A stretch of 64,000 bases of DNA from Fimbriosthenelais zetlandica (GCA_977030845.1 OZ365115.1:10106001-10170000), one strand, 5' to 3'; shown: positions 46,502 through 61,500, counted from the first letter of the stretch. Program-made: numbers and translations. Notes: generated by a model from the letters alone, not told the origin.

Positions 46502-49500
46502 GTAGCCTTTAATAGTAACTGTTGATGACCATGATGATTCTATTTTTAATATTAGTATTTCTTTCATTTGGGCCGTAATAGAGATATGACATTGTGTTCA
46601 TCTATCAATGAGTCCTAGCTTCCATGTACATTTTGATCATTAATTCTGACCCGTCCCTCGCTATACCTGGGACTCGTGTGTGATCGGCGTGCCTGTTGGT
46701 TGATCACAGGGCCTCCCTCACTCTCTATCTCAGACCTCTGTTCTCCACTCACACATACACATTACACAGTGATCCGACCTGGGAAACTTACAACACAAAT
46801 AATATAGTGGTCATATAGTGGATCCTTCTACCCACACACTCACACATATCACCAGGAGGTCCTCATATACCCATGTGTACCCTATACTCAACGGATAGTC
46901 ATTTCCCATAACGTCATATAGGAAGGTATTTATTGGGAGCAATCCAACCCTAGAGTTTCCTGAATCATTTCATTAAGTGATAAATTGAGAGAGAGGATAC
47001 CATATAGGTGGGATTTAAGGCAGGTGCAGATGGATACGAGTTGGTGTGCCTGGAGAAGTTAACCTTCAATGCATCAGGTGAGGTATTTTATAGCGATATA
47101 ATTGATTAGGTTCAGTTTGGAAATTGATAAGGGTTAAGCGGCCTGGAAAGTTATGAATATCTGGGCTCTGGGGAATATGAGCAGTTCTAAGTCTATGGAT
47201 AATTTTCGTTTTGAAAAACGCTCAATTGATTCATAATTTCTTGTCATGGATATCTTCATTTCATTATCTTCACAACTTATTATTTTATGGTCATAATATT
47301 CAAAGTTCAGTATCTGAGGGACATAGATCAGTTTTGGTTGACATGCTTGAATGTCTTACTGTTCGGTCCCTTGGTGGTTCAATATGATATTCTCTAATCC
47401 ACAGATCCATTGACAATCGAGCAAATTTTTAGCCTTTTGTGATCAAACTTTTTTTAAAGAGAACAGAAAAGTCAAACAGGAAACAAGGATTGATGGAATG
47501 AAACCCGATACAACACTCTCACCTCTTTCCCATCACCAACACAGACACCAGTTCAGTTTTACACTCTTCTGTCCCACTAGATCATTTCATTTTCTTTTCA
47601 AAAGCTATACCCCTTTCAACAACGGCAAATTTACAATCTTTAACAAATTCATTACACTTTTACTTATATTCGCAAGTGTGCAGCACAGCTGGATACGGAC
47701 ACGCACACACACACGTGTGGACTAACCACCTGTGATAATAGACCAGTCCTCTCACCAAGACTTTTGTAAGCATTATAAACACTCAATGCAATTGAAAATG
47801 CAAGTCCCTCTGCCTGCTACCCTACCCCCTCTGCCCTTCACACAATAGCCTTTAGTATACAATTGTTACAACTACCGTAAACGTCTATCCAATGTTGGGC
47901 CCTATTCATGATCCACCCAAGGATGTTCACAAAAGAGCTGGCGGCTTTCAATGCTAGCATTTGTTGTCGGAGGAAAGACACAATAAGTTGACAAAGGGGG
48001 GCAAAGCAACATGTCTAAGATTTAGATGTTATCATGGCAAGAACATTTTTCCTTAGATTTTTCGTGTGGGCTTGCCTGGGTGAAAGTCTGAGTTAAGTGG
48101 TGTGTGTTGGAGGGATTTATTAAAGGTTTTTAGTGTATTGATCATTATATTTATGATGGGATAATTGGCAAAATCAAATTTGAAGTTCTGAATGCTCATT
48201 GGGCACCGAATCCTCTGGCTTGATCATTGTTGGGTGTCTTCCAACCAAATCTGGCGATATTATTTAATGTCTCATGAGATCCTCCATGGGCCCTTTTAGA
48301 CTTTTTGCCAGGTACATGCAGGATTAGAGCTCTGAAATTGCATCGCAAATAAGTCCCCAGAATCACTCGTTCTGGTTTTTATTGAGCACCTCCCCAAGCC
48401 TCTCCACTGCACAGATTCACGAATGATGCGATGATCGAAATGAGCGGACTTGATCCTGAGTACTACTTGATAGAGGTACTTGTAAACAGGATGAAGGTGA
48501 TGAGTTGGCAGACACAAACATTTCCATATCACTCTCAATACCTTACCTGCTACCTATACACAAAGACCAAACACCACACCTGTGTCAATAAGCTCTCATC
48601 TTCCATTCTTCATACTTTCCCACTTTATTAGTGGGATCTCCTTGACCATCCTATAGGTGGAGTAGTGTCACTGTTTTGTTCTCGCAATCTTATTAATGTT
48701 CGCATGACTATACAGGATGCATATAGTTAGGAAGGAAGAGATTTCTTGCGGTTCAGTTCATTTGAATCATGGAGGACTTCTTGCTCTTTTATATTAAAGG
48801 TTTACACCGGAGTTACAAGATGCCATTACGGTATACTTTGACATTCATAAAACCTTTAGTATTTCCCCTTATATTTTCAGGAAATAATATTTTGATCAGG
48901 AAGTTGATAAGAAGTCCTTTGATCTTGGTTAATAAGGACTATCAGTCACAGATTGAACCTTTACGAAGTGTTTAAACACAATGCTTTTACCAAGTGTTTG
49001 AAAACAATGATTTTTCATTGAAATTTCATGGTGGATCGCCCCAAAAACATTTCACGATCCGTTACATTTTAAATCTGAACCATTTGAATGTTTCCATTAA
49101 CTAATATTCGTGAGTTCCTGGCGGTATTAGTTACGCATGGATCAATTGAGCTGTCAACTTCTTTTAGAGACAAAGTCCAGATAGTCTCTTCAAGCCATTA
49201 CTTATATATGCAGCTCCTTTGAAGCGATCTTAATATACCTCTGATATACTCTGGGTCTTTATCTGGACCCTTTGAGGTTTTATTGATGAATATACCGCGT
49301 ACCCTGTGAATTTTATTAAGTGTCTTACGGTTGAAGTACTTTTGTGTGTCAAGGGTGTTACGGGCGTCATTTTACGGAACTAATACTTGTTCTGTTGACA
49401 TGAGTAATGATAATTTGACCAGCTGTAAAGTTAACGAGATAAGGAGAGGCGGTGTTTGTAAAGACCGAAAACCATATTATTGTCACAAACTATAACCAGG

Positions 49501-52500
49501 CACATTGAGAAGTCAGGGACCAGGCGTTGGGGGGATCATTTTGGGGAGCGGAGGGACTCTACATAGATATTTTAATATTCAAATATATTAAGTAACTAGT
49601 ACTCTAAACTTGGCTTCTATACAGTGTACCTGAACAATACACTTTAGATTATTAACTCATTGAAATTTCAGGGAAAATGTTCGGTCAGAACAGTACTTGT
49701 CAAGTGGAGCTCTTGTGAGAGTTCACACTACATACCACTCCCCATGAAGCAAATTGTTCATAAATATACATGTAGACCAATTAATATCACAGCTTCTAGG
49801 TTATCATAACATGTGACAGACCACTTGGTTGGTGGGGTCTGTGTATTGTATATATATGGGGTATAACTCATTCCTCTATATATCTGAAATAACCTATTGT
49901 GATATGGCCAACACCTCGCGCTGATACATAGGTTACAAGTGAGCTATATTTGTAGGAGTGTTTTGATAACAGATATGGGGCATATGTCATTTAGCAAAAG
50001 GGCATAGAAAGGTCGTAGTGTCTTCAATATTTGCAGAACATTTTTATGTATTTTAATGTCTCGGTTAGACACAATTAGTATTGTATTAAATTCACCCATC
50101 GCTTGTATACATTGTAAAAATGACAGGTCCATTATAGAGTTGTGTTCGAAGCTTGTCATTTGCCTGTTTACGTCAATGGATCTATAGATAAAAATAGTGA
50201 AATGAATGGGAATTTATAATTATACCTACTGCGATACATATATTCTTTAAGCTGAAGTTCATGTCATCATGTAGCCGGGGGCTTTTTAATCTTAATGGGC
50301 GACATGTACAACGGGCACTGAGCACTTGCCAAGTCCTTATAGTCATACCATGGTCCATACCATCCCTATATGGCTATGATGTAAGTATGGGTAATTATTA
50401 TGCACTCACCACATCTCTATCCATCATTTTAATATCTTAGCATGCTCATAGATCAGGAGGGCTATAAGGAAATATAGGTGTGGGGAAAAGAATCCCCCCA
50501 CTCCCCTTCCTTTTCCAAGGGGCTTCCCGCCACTCCTTTGGTAACATTGCTGTTCCCATAAGGAAGGGGAGGTGTAGCCTTTTGTTCTTAAGGGCTTCAC
50601 CAATCTAGTAATAAGCTTTCCAAGATATTAAGGCTCTGCTGTGAACACATAATGTCCGCACCTGAAGCCTGTACCTGTATAGAGTTATCCAGGTCGGATG
50701 AGTACCCCTGACATGCTTTATATTATAGCTTTTATAGGGGAATGTAATTAACCTCCAGGCACGCCAAGGTGTATAGCCTAGCCCTGACATGCCATGGAGC
50801 AGAGCAAAAAGGAGGTGAGCGATAATTAATGCAAATGGCAAATGATAAGATCAAGATGGCGTTCAGCTAATAAGCGTGTACTTCAGAAATGGGACCTGAA
50901 GCCAGAGGCAGTGGCAGAAGGGAACTTCTGGTTTCTCAAGATGGAAGATCTTGCTGGCATGACATGGGCATGCTTCAACGTAAATAAGAATTTGGAGATT
51001 AGTGATAGAAAGAAAATATGAAAAAATCTATCATGGGTAACCTCTTTTGTATGGGTGTACTGATTTTAAAAAGGGCTAACTTTAATGGATTGAATAACAA
51101 CAAATCTGACATATTCTGGAGCAGTGTGTTTCGAAACTGATACTTTTACAGGTTTATATTATTGTGGCCAATTCCAGAGACCAATTGTGCCCCTCTTCAG
51201 TTTACTGCCATGAACCATCAGCAGGCTTCCATGACCTTACAACATGTGAATGTACTCAAAGCATCATTGTCATATTAATTTATTACACAGGACCATGGCT
51301 GAGCTCCAGAGAATGCCAGTGTGAAATTGACTCCAAAGGAGGCTAGCCAAGCTGTTGGGGTTAGATTTTAGGGCTTTATAGCCGAAATAATCATGGTATT
51401 GTCATGGTACATCTTGATGCTCTTTTTACATGGCCTCATAAAACCCTGCACAAATACAACAGGTATATGCGAATTACTCCGGTAATTTTATGATGATTGG
51501 AATTCCACTTTTCCATAATTATTTCCTTGAGATACATGCATAAATTCACTTGATATATGTCATAGCCAAGTCATGAGTAATGTCCTATAATAATAGGTTC
51601 CATGCACCCAAAAAGAATCAATGCCAAGCTGATATTTACACAGGATATATATTACCTTGTAAAGTGATTTGATTCTTGTAATAATGTTAAAAGATTCGCC
51701 AGTAATTTTGACTTCCTCAATAAATTACCTTAGAGGAGCCAAGATGTAATAATTTACGTTCTGTATAATTCCAAGACCGATTTTAATTCAGCGTTTACAA
51801 TCATGGCAATTTTGAGATCTTGAATGAACTCTACTGCACCAAATTTAATTGACTCCCACCTAGATCCAGTGCATCTAACCTATACAAAGGAGTAATGGGT
51901 TCTTTCTGCGGGTAACGCCCTTCAGGCTCATTGTGACCCGTGACATCAAGGTGACAAACTGTACACGTGCTTCAAAAGCTGGTTAGTCATGGGCTTTATA
52001 GTCTCGGGAGAAGAGCAGGGGAATGAATGATGAGTCGATGGCCAGGTATAGCTGTCAACTGTCAACTGATCCATGTGTGTCTATTTCAGACACACACCCA
52101 CCTGATAAGTGGCTGGTATAGATTCATGCTTAATGCGGGCTGATTCAAAACCCCGCCCGAGCTTTTTTAAATGAGTTGAAAATTGGATCTGGAGTCAAAT
52201 TGATCAAAAAACTCCACAGGGATCCTATAACAAAATAATTATAAAAGTAGAATCCAATCGTTTATCTTTTTAAGCCTGGATAATATATTCCCGCTTCATT
52301 TCGATTCCTGTACGTGGCCATACCTATACCGCGGGACATTTACTGAGTTGTCGCACTTTAGTATCTGACATGTAGACATTTCAACTTGAGTTATTCTTAT
52401 ACCCATATGATTATGTATATTATCTAGCTGTTGCTATATATAGTCCATTTGGCACAAGCCCACGTCTATGTATCCAAGGAAACTGGAAGTTGAAACTCCT

Positions 52501-55451
52501 GCACTAATTAACACAGCTTCAAGTACATTACCTCTAACTGTCTTAATTACGTACCATGACTGACAGGCAGCGATAATGGTGGTGTAAATCCATGGGATAA
52601 GAGTCAAATCCAGAGGCTTTGTTATTCACAATCCCCACCTTTAACCCTACCATGCACACCTATATAACCCTGTGAAGGTGGATTACCATTCAATGCTGCC
52701 ACGGAAATACTAAAACGAACCACTAAAGGCAGCCCTGTGACTGTTAAAACACTTTCAGACTATGAATGCACTGATCTACCTGCGGACTTAGATTGTATCA
52801 TACATACTGTCAAATTAAAATCACTAATTTCACTTATCTGAAATTCCATACTGATTGCCCATTGATTACCATTGTGTATCTAAGATATAGATAATGATTA
52901 CCTTTGCTATCTCTGATCTATGAGATCTCTACAATAATATTTCGAACATATGTACATTCACCTAAGTGTAAGGACCACATACATAAAGCTAGTTGATCTC
53001 ATGCGTGAGATAGAGGTGAGTATAATCAAGTGTAATTTCAGGCACTTTTGCTCTCTACCTGAACACAGGAGTATGGCCTGGAGGCCTGGTCCTATATAGG
53101 AGCTCCTATATATAAGGTGGTAGTCAGAGGTAACACACAGAGAAAGGTGTGACACATTCCTCAAATATCGCCCACTTTTCACCCCACCCCGCACTTTCAA
53201 TCCCAGGCATTGTATTCCATGCCATTTTCCCCTATCGCAATGCCATGGCTGATTATCTGGTCGGTATGGTAGAGCTAGCATTCAAACACGCAACATTGTT
53301 CGCCATTGTCAATCTGTTGAAGGCATTCAAAATATTTTGTATCCTGTTTTCTTTGTGTGTTTTGGGCACGTCCATTTTGAACTGACTTGATAATTGGTCT
53401 GATGAAAGTGCAATCAAATCTGTATTGTGCCATGAACCAATTCTTTCAAAATTCCAAATAATATGCTTCTCTTTCTGATTGCAACACTTTTTCTTAAAGT
53501 CAACATGCTAGAAGATTGCACATTCCCTCTGTTAGCACTAACCATTCACTCAGTGATCACATTCAATTGCCTTCCTTCAAAGTTTTATCTTTCTCAGATG
53601 AGCAAAAACAAAAATGAACAAAAAGCTTATTTCAGCGAATTGAATTCTGTTCGTATCTTCCATTTCCAAAAATCTTCTTGTGTAACATCGTACTCGATCA
53701 TATTGTCACCCAAAGTGATCAGATTCTAACATTGATTAATGAACGATGCCTTAATTCTCTCTCACTATTATTCAACACTCAGCACATGCTATATATTATC
53801 TTTGCCCAGGTACGGGACTGTTCCCCCTATGCGTCCCGTATAAAATTGTTAGGAGTCCTATATATGTGATCCAGCAGGTTTTATCACATTGTGTATGTGT
53901 TTACAGCTTTTAGAGATCCCTATCGCTGGATCATGGCCTATCTTTGTCCTTATCTCTTCCTGAATTAAAGGCCTGATAGGTATAGATGTTACTCTCATCC
54001 GAACGATATTAGTATATTGCCTTTCATCTCTGAAATCGTAAAATCAATGATCATACGATAAAGTTAATGATACAGCATGTAGTCTTCCAGACAATACTTC
54101 TTCTGACAATAAAAACATCAGAATGTCGTATTTTTTGTCTGAACCATCCACTATTTCCCCCCAGAGAATACCTCAATTTTCTTTTTGATTGTATCTATGT
54201 AATTTACTTAGGGGTAAATATTTTCGGGCAAATTGATGCTCGAGATTGTTATCATTGAATTCATTCCATTAGCATCGTTTAATCCCCTAATTTCTAGTCC
54301 AATTGATTAGCCTACATACAGTTAAGAACCGGTAGCCCGTGCCACTGACATCCTTCATTTTAGAAGGTTGACGGCGGCGGCCAACATACATTTAAGTTAG
54401 TTGGTGATTTATTTCCGCGATATGTCTGATAATGGTCTCATCATTTCCATTAAGCCCATCCTAACCTATTCTTTATTATACATGTATATGGTATACATCC
54501 ATGAGTCTTACCCTCAAGCTAAGATGTATTCAGATTAAGCTGTAAATCTATACACGTGCAATGCGACTATTTCTAATGAAAAGGGAAAAACTTTAAACAT
54601 AAAAATCACCCTTGTTATGTGCAGTCCGTCCCGATCAAAAAAAATCTGATCAAGAGAAAGAGATATGGACACATTACACGCAGATTAACATGGGTGATAA
54701 GGATTTGTTTTTGGATATGCCCTGATAGTTTAGTTAATTTTGACGCCACTAGAAGGATCAGTTACCCACCGGAAGTGGTGATTATGTCATGTGACTTGTT
54801 GTGTAAGATTATGATCTTGGCTTCCTTTTCTTGCGATGCTCCCCTGTCCTATAGGTGATTAGGTTATCACTTATGTTCAACATGGGGTTTTTAGCCCCAG
54901 GCCATGTATAATTTTTGGTGTATTTCATGAGCTCTCAGGGTATATGCCCGAATACCCGATGATCATAATCATTTGTATAGATTAATCAAAGCGTTAATGG
55001 TCGACTAATATTCACCCTTGATGCGTGTATGTTCACATGTATAAATCTAAAATTCTTAATTACAAGTAAACCAGAAATATATGTAAATCATGTAACATCG
55101 TATTCATTATGCCATCATTGTGTACAAGCTTACTATGATTAAGCGTATTACTTGCTTTATCCAAATGAAACATGATCCATCGCATATATGTGCCTCGATT
55201 AAAAGGCTTTGGATTAAGTTTTTAGCTTAGTGTCAGTTTTGCTTCAAATTCGGAAAGCTCATACTGTGTGTCCATGTGGTCTCACGGAAGTTTTCTTTTA
55301 TTTTCAGGGGCAAATATCCGCTATTAGACCAGCCCTTGATACGGAAGGATTTCTGACTCGTTGAAGCATTACGGCAGTGCAATCGTCAAGCTAGGAATAC
55401 CATCAGTTAGGGTGGAACCTTCAATGTTAAATTTGTGACCACGAAGTAAGG

Positions 55452-55527
55452 ATGGATGTTAAACATCAATTCCTCTTGCTATTGAGTCTCCTCGTCCTTC
55501 TGTTGCTCCAATCACACCAGACTTCAG
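55452..55527 (+). CDS. First coding exon (signal peptide) of an unidentified secreted or membrane protein
   Basis: MDVKHQFLLLLSLLVLLLLQSHQTS plus a phase-1 donor CAG/GTACGT. Strong Kozak context (AGGATGG), in-frame TAA 24 nt upstream, and a strong acceptor TTTTCTTTTATTTTCAG at 55307 defining exon 55308-55527. Confidence 0.55.
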
Positions 55528-58500
55528 GTACGTACAGACTTTTGATTGTTGAAATACAAAAAAAAGCAATTATTTTCAATTGTTTCCTGAATACCTGCCT
55601 CTTTTTATCAATATTTTGTCCCTGCACATTGCGGTTTGTTCATGGATAATAATTGTTAATATATTGTGCATAAAATAACTGCAGAATAATGCCATCATGC
55701 AGTATCTATATTTCCCAGTTCAGTAAGAGTATAGGTGCAAAGGTTTCTTCTAAATTTGAAATAAATCGTTTTATATTTTTTTGTTATGACTGAAGAATTT
55801 TGGGGAATCATTTTCCTGCATCCACAAGTAGGTCTAGCCTGCCTCTTACCCACTAGGTATAGTTTTTGTTGATACCTGACTTTGCCTGTAGGCCTCAAAG
55901 CCAGAAGTTGACTGAACAAAGCCATAGAGCACACTGTGTGTGTGTTTTCTCCTGGTGTGGTCCGTTTAGGAGTCGGTATCAGAGGATCAATGGGCAGAGG
56001 GGGTGGTATGTTGTGGTGAAGAAGTGGCCTATAGACACCCTATAAGTCTGTCTGTAGGGAGGGACAGAGGGGGAGGGATGGGACAGACGGTGAAGGTGGA
56101 TGAGTGAAAATTAAAGGGAAGAGACATACCGAGTGAGGATTTAAATGATAAATAGATGCGTTGAAATGTGATAAAGGAAGATTGGAACCTGGAAAACAGA
56201 GACTTTAAGAGACAGACGAAAGCTATAACATTGGAAAAGCCTTGCAAAATGCTTTCACAGTTGGACTCCATGGGCTCTAAATGGACTTGTGGTGTATTGA
56301 ACATAAGTTGTCAGAGGGTATAGGGGAGGGTATACTGAACACACTTATTTTTTGACGAGCATACCCTCCCATAGAAACCTATAATCATCTACCCTTGACT
56401 TAATATCCTAATAACTTTGGTCAGACCAATGCTTCTGTGAACTAATAAAAAGACATAATGGGACTACTACAACTGGTGTTTTTTAACCAGCCACTGAGAT
56501 GATTATCAGCGAAAAGAATGTGGGAGTATTTTCTCTCAAGTTAATGGGCAGAGACAGGCGAAAAATGGTGATAAATTACTCTTAATTGTGTTTGAAATCT
56601 ATTTTAAATAGAAGACGTGGGAAAATGATATCCAAAAACGTAGGCCTTAGGGGGCATATCCTCATTACCCATTATGTATAGGTGCCAGCTTAGTTCCATC
56701 TGCAAATGGTTGGCGTATTGTCTTTAAAATTACACGTTAAGACCTCTTATTGTTAGTTATTGGTGTATTATGATGCACACTTAGTTGTGGAACATGGTTT
56801 TCAATTCACACTAGTTGAGCAGCTGACTGACACGTGGAATATCTGTGAAAAACACATTTGGCACGATGGTTGTTGAGTTTCAGTCTTTCACCTTTAGACG
56901 TGTTGGGACTTGAAGGTTGGCCAAATTTTGTGAACAAGTTGGAAGATAACCTTTTGAAAGCTTCCGATGCTGTGTTTTAACCAAGGTCCCCAGTGGACTG
57001 GCATTCAAATCATTTTATTAATAGTGAATGATTATTCCAAAGGCTTATCTGAAATGATTTGTCTATAATTTGTACCAAAAACAATATGATGAATTGGAGA
57101 GTGTTTACAATTATACATTATTGGATTTTTTGCTGATATCTAGTCGTTTTCTGAAAAAAGTTCTAGTGGAATTTTAACTACCACTGGTTATTTCATGCCC
57201 CTCGACTTGATGTTAAAACTTCAAAGCAATTCATATGTTTTATTGAGAGAATTCGCCTGAGGGCATTGTCCTATATAAAAGATTTCCACTGTGTTATCTG
57301 AGAGATCACCACCACCCATGAATCCTCCATCATCCTTATTTTAGTCACTACATATTTGTTATCAGGTAATTTGTCTTTTTTCCGATCTTTAACACGTGTA
57401 TTCACCAAGTACCATGCATCTCTTTACACGTTTCTAGCTCAAGAACAAGATTCTCCCCACCGGGTTCTCACGCCTATAAAATAGTTGGTGTTGCACTAAT
57501 CTGTCCCATTTCTCAAGAAAAATATAATGAACCTATCACATATGGTTTACATCACAACAAACAAACGTCCCCGAAGTCTTCTGAAGTCTGAAAGCAAACT
57601 TGATTTTATTCTTATTCTGACCTTTTTTGGGTGCAATTAATACGGGATTGCTTGCAATGTGGAATGCTGGGGACCTTGCAAACAGCACCCTTGCCCTCCT
57701 TCCTTCCATCGGGGAGCCTTTGGGTATTGTTAAGTGGGTGTTGGTAGTCCGGACATGTACAAATCTGTGCCTCTATACCTCCTGCATCATTACCTTCTTC
57801 TGCTTGCTATCTAGATCAAGTTGCGCCCAGGTAAGATGTCGTGGTCTAGGGATGATGGGGAGAAAAATCAGCCATTGTGGCCCAGTTTATTTTATCTGAT
57901 GTTTTCAACCCAAAGCCTGGATTATGTCTAGTGCAGTGAGGTCGTAAACAGGACATCAATGAAAGGTGGAGAGTAGTGACCCTGAAGAAGTGGCTACTAA
58001 AAATTAATGTCTGCAATATCAATGACAACACATGCGAGATCATGCCATTATTTTTGTCTGGTTCCATAGAATCTCTAATCCGAGTTCAGATTGCATTTAC
58101 AGCTTGAACATACAATTGTTCAATTGCCTATTGTAAGCCATGCCATTTCCCAAACCCATATAAAGTCTCGAGCATGCAAGAGATGGTGGTATGCATTTGT
58201 ATATATACATCATCCTTAGACTAGTATGTAGGCCTATATTATGTGTTGTCAGTCATGCTCACTAGGCTTGTTACAAACATTGGTAAAGAATGCAGAACTA
58301 TCAACTAAACGCCCACGCTCTTCAACATCAAAGCCATCAAGATTGACCCACCAAAAAAACTGGCCTCACTCAGACTGCTGATTTATGAAAGTTAGTAGCC
58401 ATGTGGGAAAGCACCCTGATCATCGTTTGCCCTCTAAGCTATTGCGTTATCAATTTCAGAGGTGGGAGATTTATTCATACTTCACTTTGTCAACGGTTTA

Positions 58501-61500
58501 TCAAGAAATCCAGGGGCTTCAATTCCATGAATCACTGGCTTAATGGCAGAGTAATTGTGGACGATCGTCCCAATCGTTTGTTCAGCTACCGTGCACACAT
58601 TTTTTGTGTGTAAAATTGTACCCCCCTAAAAACATCGTGTGCCCTCCATACAACTTCCTCCATCTGACTTTTATTTCCTTAAAATAGGATCTATGACTAG
58701 GACATTATTATAACTCGACTGGTATACATTTAGCCAGTATATTTTTTTCAAAATCAGCATTGTGATTTTATAACTGATGGCCTTTTATTAATTAGTACAA
58801 AATCTTATCTGACAGATATCGCCATACAATTCTCAGTCATCCCAACCTGTAAAGTGCAGCAAATCACGTAGGACCAAATGTCTTGCATCTGGGGAAAAGT
58901 AATCCAATACTCTTTCAAAACGAAACATCCCCAGTAGTTTTTTCCTCTTATTTTAATTGCCTCAGCCGCCAACTGATAGTTCATTCGCCTGTTGTAAGTA
59001 TACTGAACATGTCAAATAGATTTTAGTTGCCTTTCAGTTCAAAAAACATGTTTTATACATTGTCATAACAAATGTGTCCCTTTGAAGACAAATGTCTGTG
59101 TCTGTGTCTGAGACTAGCTGGTCTTCTTCGAACCAATAATCAAATAATGTTAAAGGCCTAAAACATTGAGTGCCTGGACAATAAACTGTTATGACATATG
59201 GCATAATAGTAAGTTGGATCCCATTATACATATTTCACGATCATAAATAATGAAGATGTCTATTAACCTTGCCAGGTTATAGCATTAAATCAAAGTGGCG
59301 GGAGTTAAATTAACGACCTGGCGTTCACAGAAAAGATGTTTTAACATTATCCTGGGAATAGAAGTGATTGATCTACAGCTTGCTTAGCTGTGAGTTTGAT
59401 AAAAAGTCCTTTTTTGATGCCAGGATCAAAGTTAGGATCCGAGGTGAGATGTATTTGAGGTTTGTACTCACATTCTCAGCATTCTATAATCATCAAAGCT
59501 CTCTATTACACATGGGAAGGTGTTTCGTTTGTCCAAATATGTATTTTTATATTTTAAATTCTTCCATATCATTAAATATATCAATTACAACCAGATTTAC
59601 ATTCAGAATATTCATATTCCAACGAATTATGTTCCTTAATAACTAATTTGAGAGACAATGTATGTATGTATGTTGTCGATGGACAATGGTAAATCTTCTA
59701 TAACCAAAAAGGACAATTAATTTTCTTGGACCACAGTCTATCGAGACCAATTCATCTCTGTCATACAGACAAACTGCGGCAATGTCTTGCCTTGAAGTTC
59801 AGTTGAGGTTTGCGTGAGACCTGCCAGTTATCCTCAAGGTGATCAAGTTCAAAATGTATTGTGAGCAGCAGATGACCGCCCACTTTTGATGCCCTTCTTA
59901 TACACTGCTCATATGGCCACTATACCTGGGGGCCTATACTTGTCTATGGTCACTCCATCTGATGACCAGAGGGCAGTCTACCACCATGGTCAAGCATCAA
60001 AAGGTGTAGAAGAATCAAGGCCATGCACTCTAATAACCACTGTTTTAAAAGATAGCAAAAAAAGGGCATGCCTTGCATACCAGTTAGATGAGATGAAATA
60101 GAATTGACAGTTTATTAGCCCCGGGCTATACCTGGCCCGTGATATTTTGTAGCTGCAAGGTGGGAGGAGAACTGGGAAATAATCTCAAGGTTTCAATAGC
60201 TTTAGGGGCGTCAGATTTCCTCTTGTTGATTGCCAAATATGATAACGAAGTATACTGAATTCGACCCCTTCGATTGAAGGCAATGTGAAGTGGCACTAAA
60301 ATGTGTACTTAAAATGCCAATAGCATTTTCATGAGTGCATTTTTTACCATTGGGGCTGGGGTAGCCTTTAAATTTGTGAAAGCTCAGAATAGGGTTACGG
60401 GATGCCGCTCTGGTGAGGTAATTGGGTTATTACTTGTAGGAGATCAATAGGACTTCAACCTTTCATGAATTAGTCAATGTATTGACAACTTAATGTTCAT
60501 GTTTAAAATAGAGCTACCAATTTTAACATGAGAAAGAAGTTATGGATACCAGTGCAGATAAGAAGTCTAATCATATATCATTTACACGTACATCATTGAC
60601 CCTGTTTTCCAAGAGCCAATTTGGCAAACTTTAAACAACACACGGGGAAGACGTGATGTTCTAACCTTGCTAATATCGTTGTTGGTTGTGTCATTGTCTA
60701 TCTGTAGTTGAATACCCATTTTCTGTTCTCTGACTTGCTTATAACCATGTTGATGTTAGAATAGTGCCTTGACATTCTTTACAGTGGTCACAGCTATTGG
60801 TGGATATAACCACCTTGGTACTGGACGTGTTGCTGGAAAGCAGCACTTGACTCTTGCTGTCAGTCTTTTGAATGATTACTGTTTAAATACTCTGTTTTTA
60901 CACCAAATATTTGGCTGACTGTACAATGATTACATCAACTGTCAGAGGAACACTTCACACAATGTCACATTTATCATTTAATATGATGTTCTACTTTTGC
61001 CTACCACGCCATTCAAAGCATCGGTTTGGGTGTTATTTTCCAAACTCCATAACTTTAACCCAACCCGAAAATGACAGTGACATTTGCAACAGAAGAGCAA
61101 CAAAGTGTGATATGCTTGGGAGTGAATATAGATGTCATATCTTTTGATTAATTACCTTTTAATTGTTTCACACTGGTCCACCTTCACCAATGTAGCTGAC
61201 CTTCATGACTTGAACTTTCTGATGTCTTCATTAGACAAACTTGACTATAATGTATCATGTTGCAAGCACCATGATGTCGGCTAAATATAAGCATGGTTGC
61301 GGAGAACTTTCTCATGGATAATTAGCTGCAGATAATGAAAACTAATGAAACTTGTCGTCGTTCATTTTAACAGAGTTTAATCTGGAATTGAAATTCTATG
61401 TATTATCTATCCAGCATTGAAGTGGGCATTGGCAAAGCTGAAACTGAAATTGAACGCAAATCTGATCAGCCATTGGATTTGGCAATATTGTTGAAATCCT

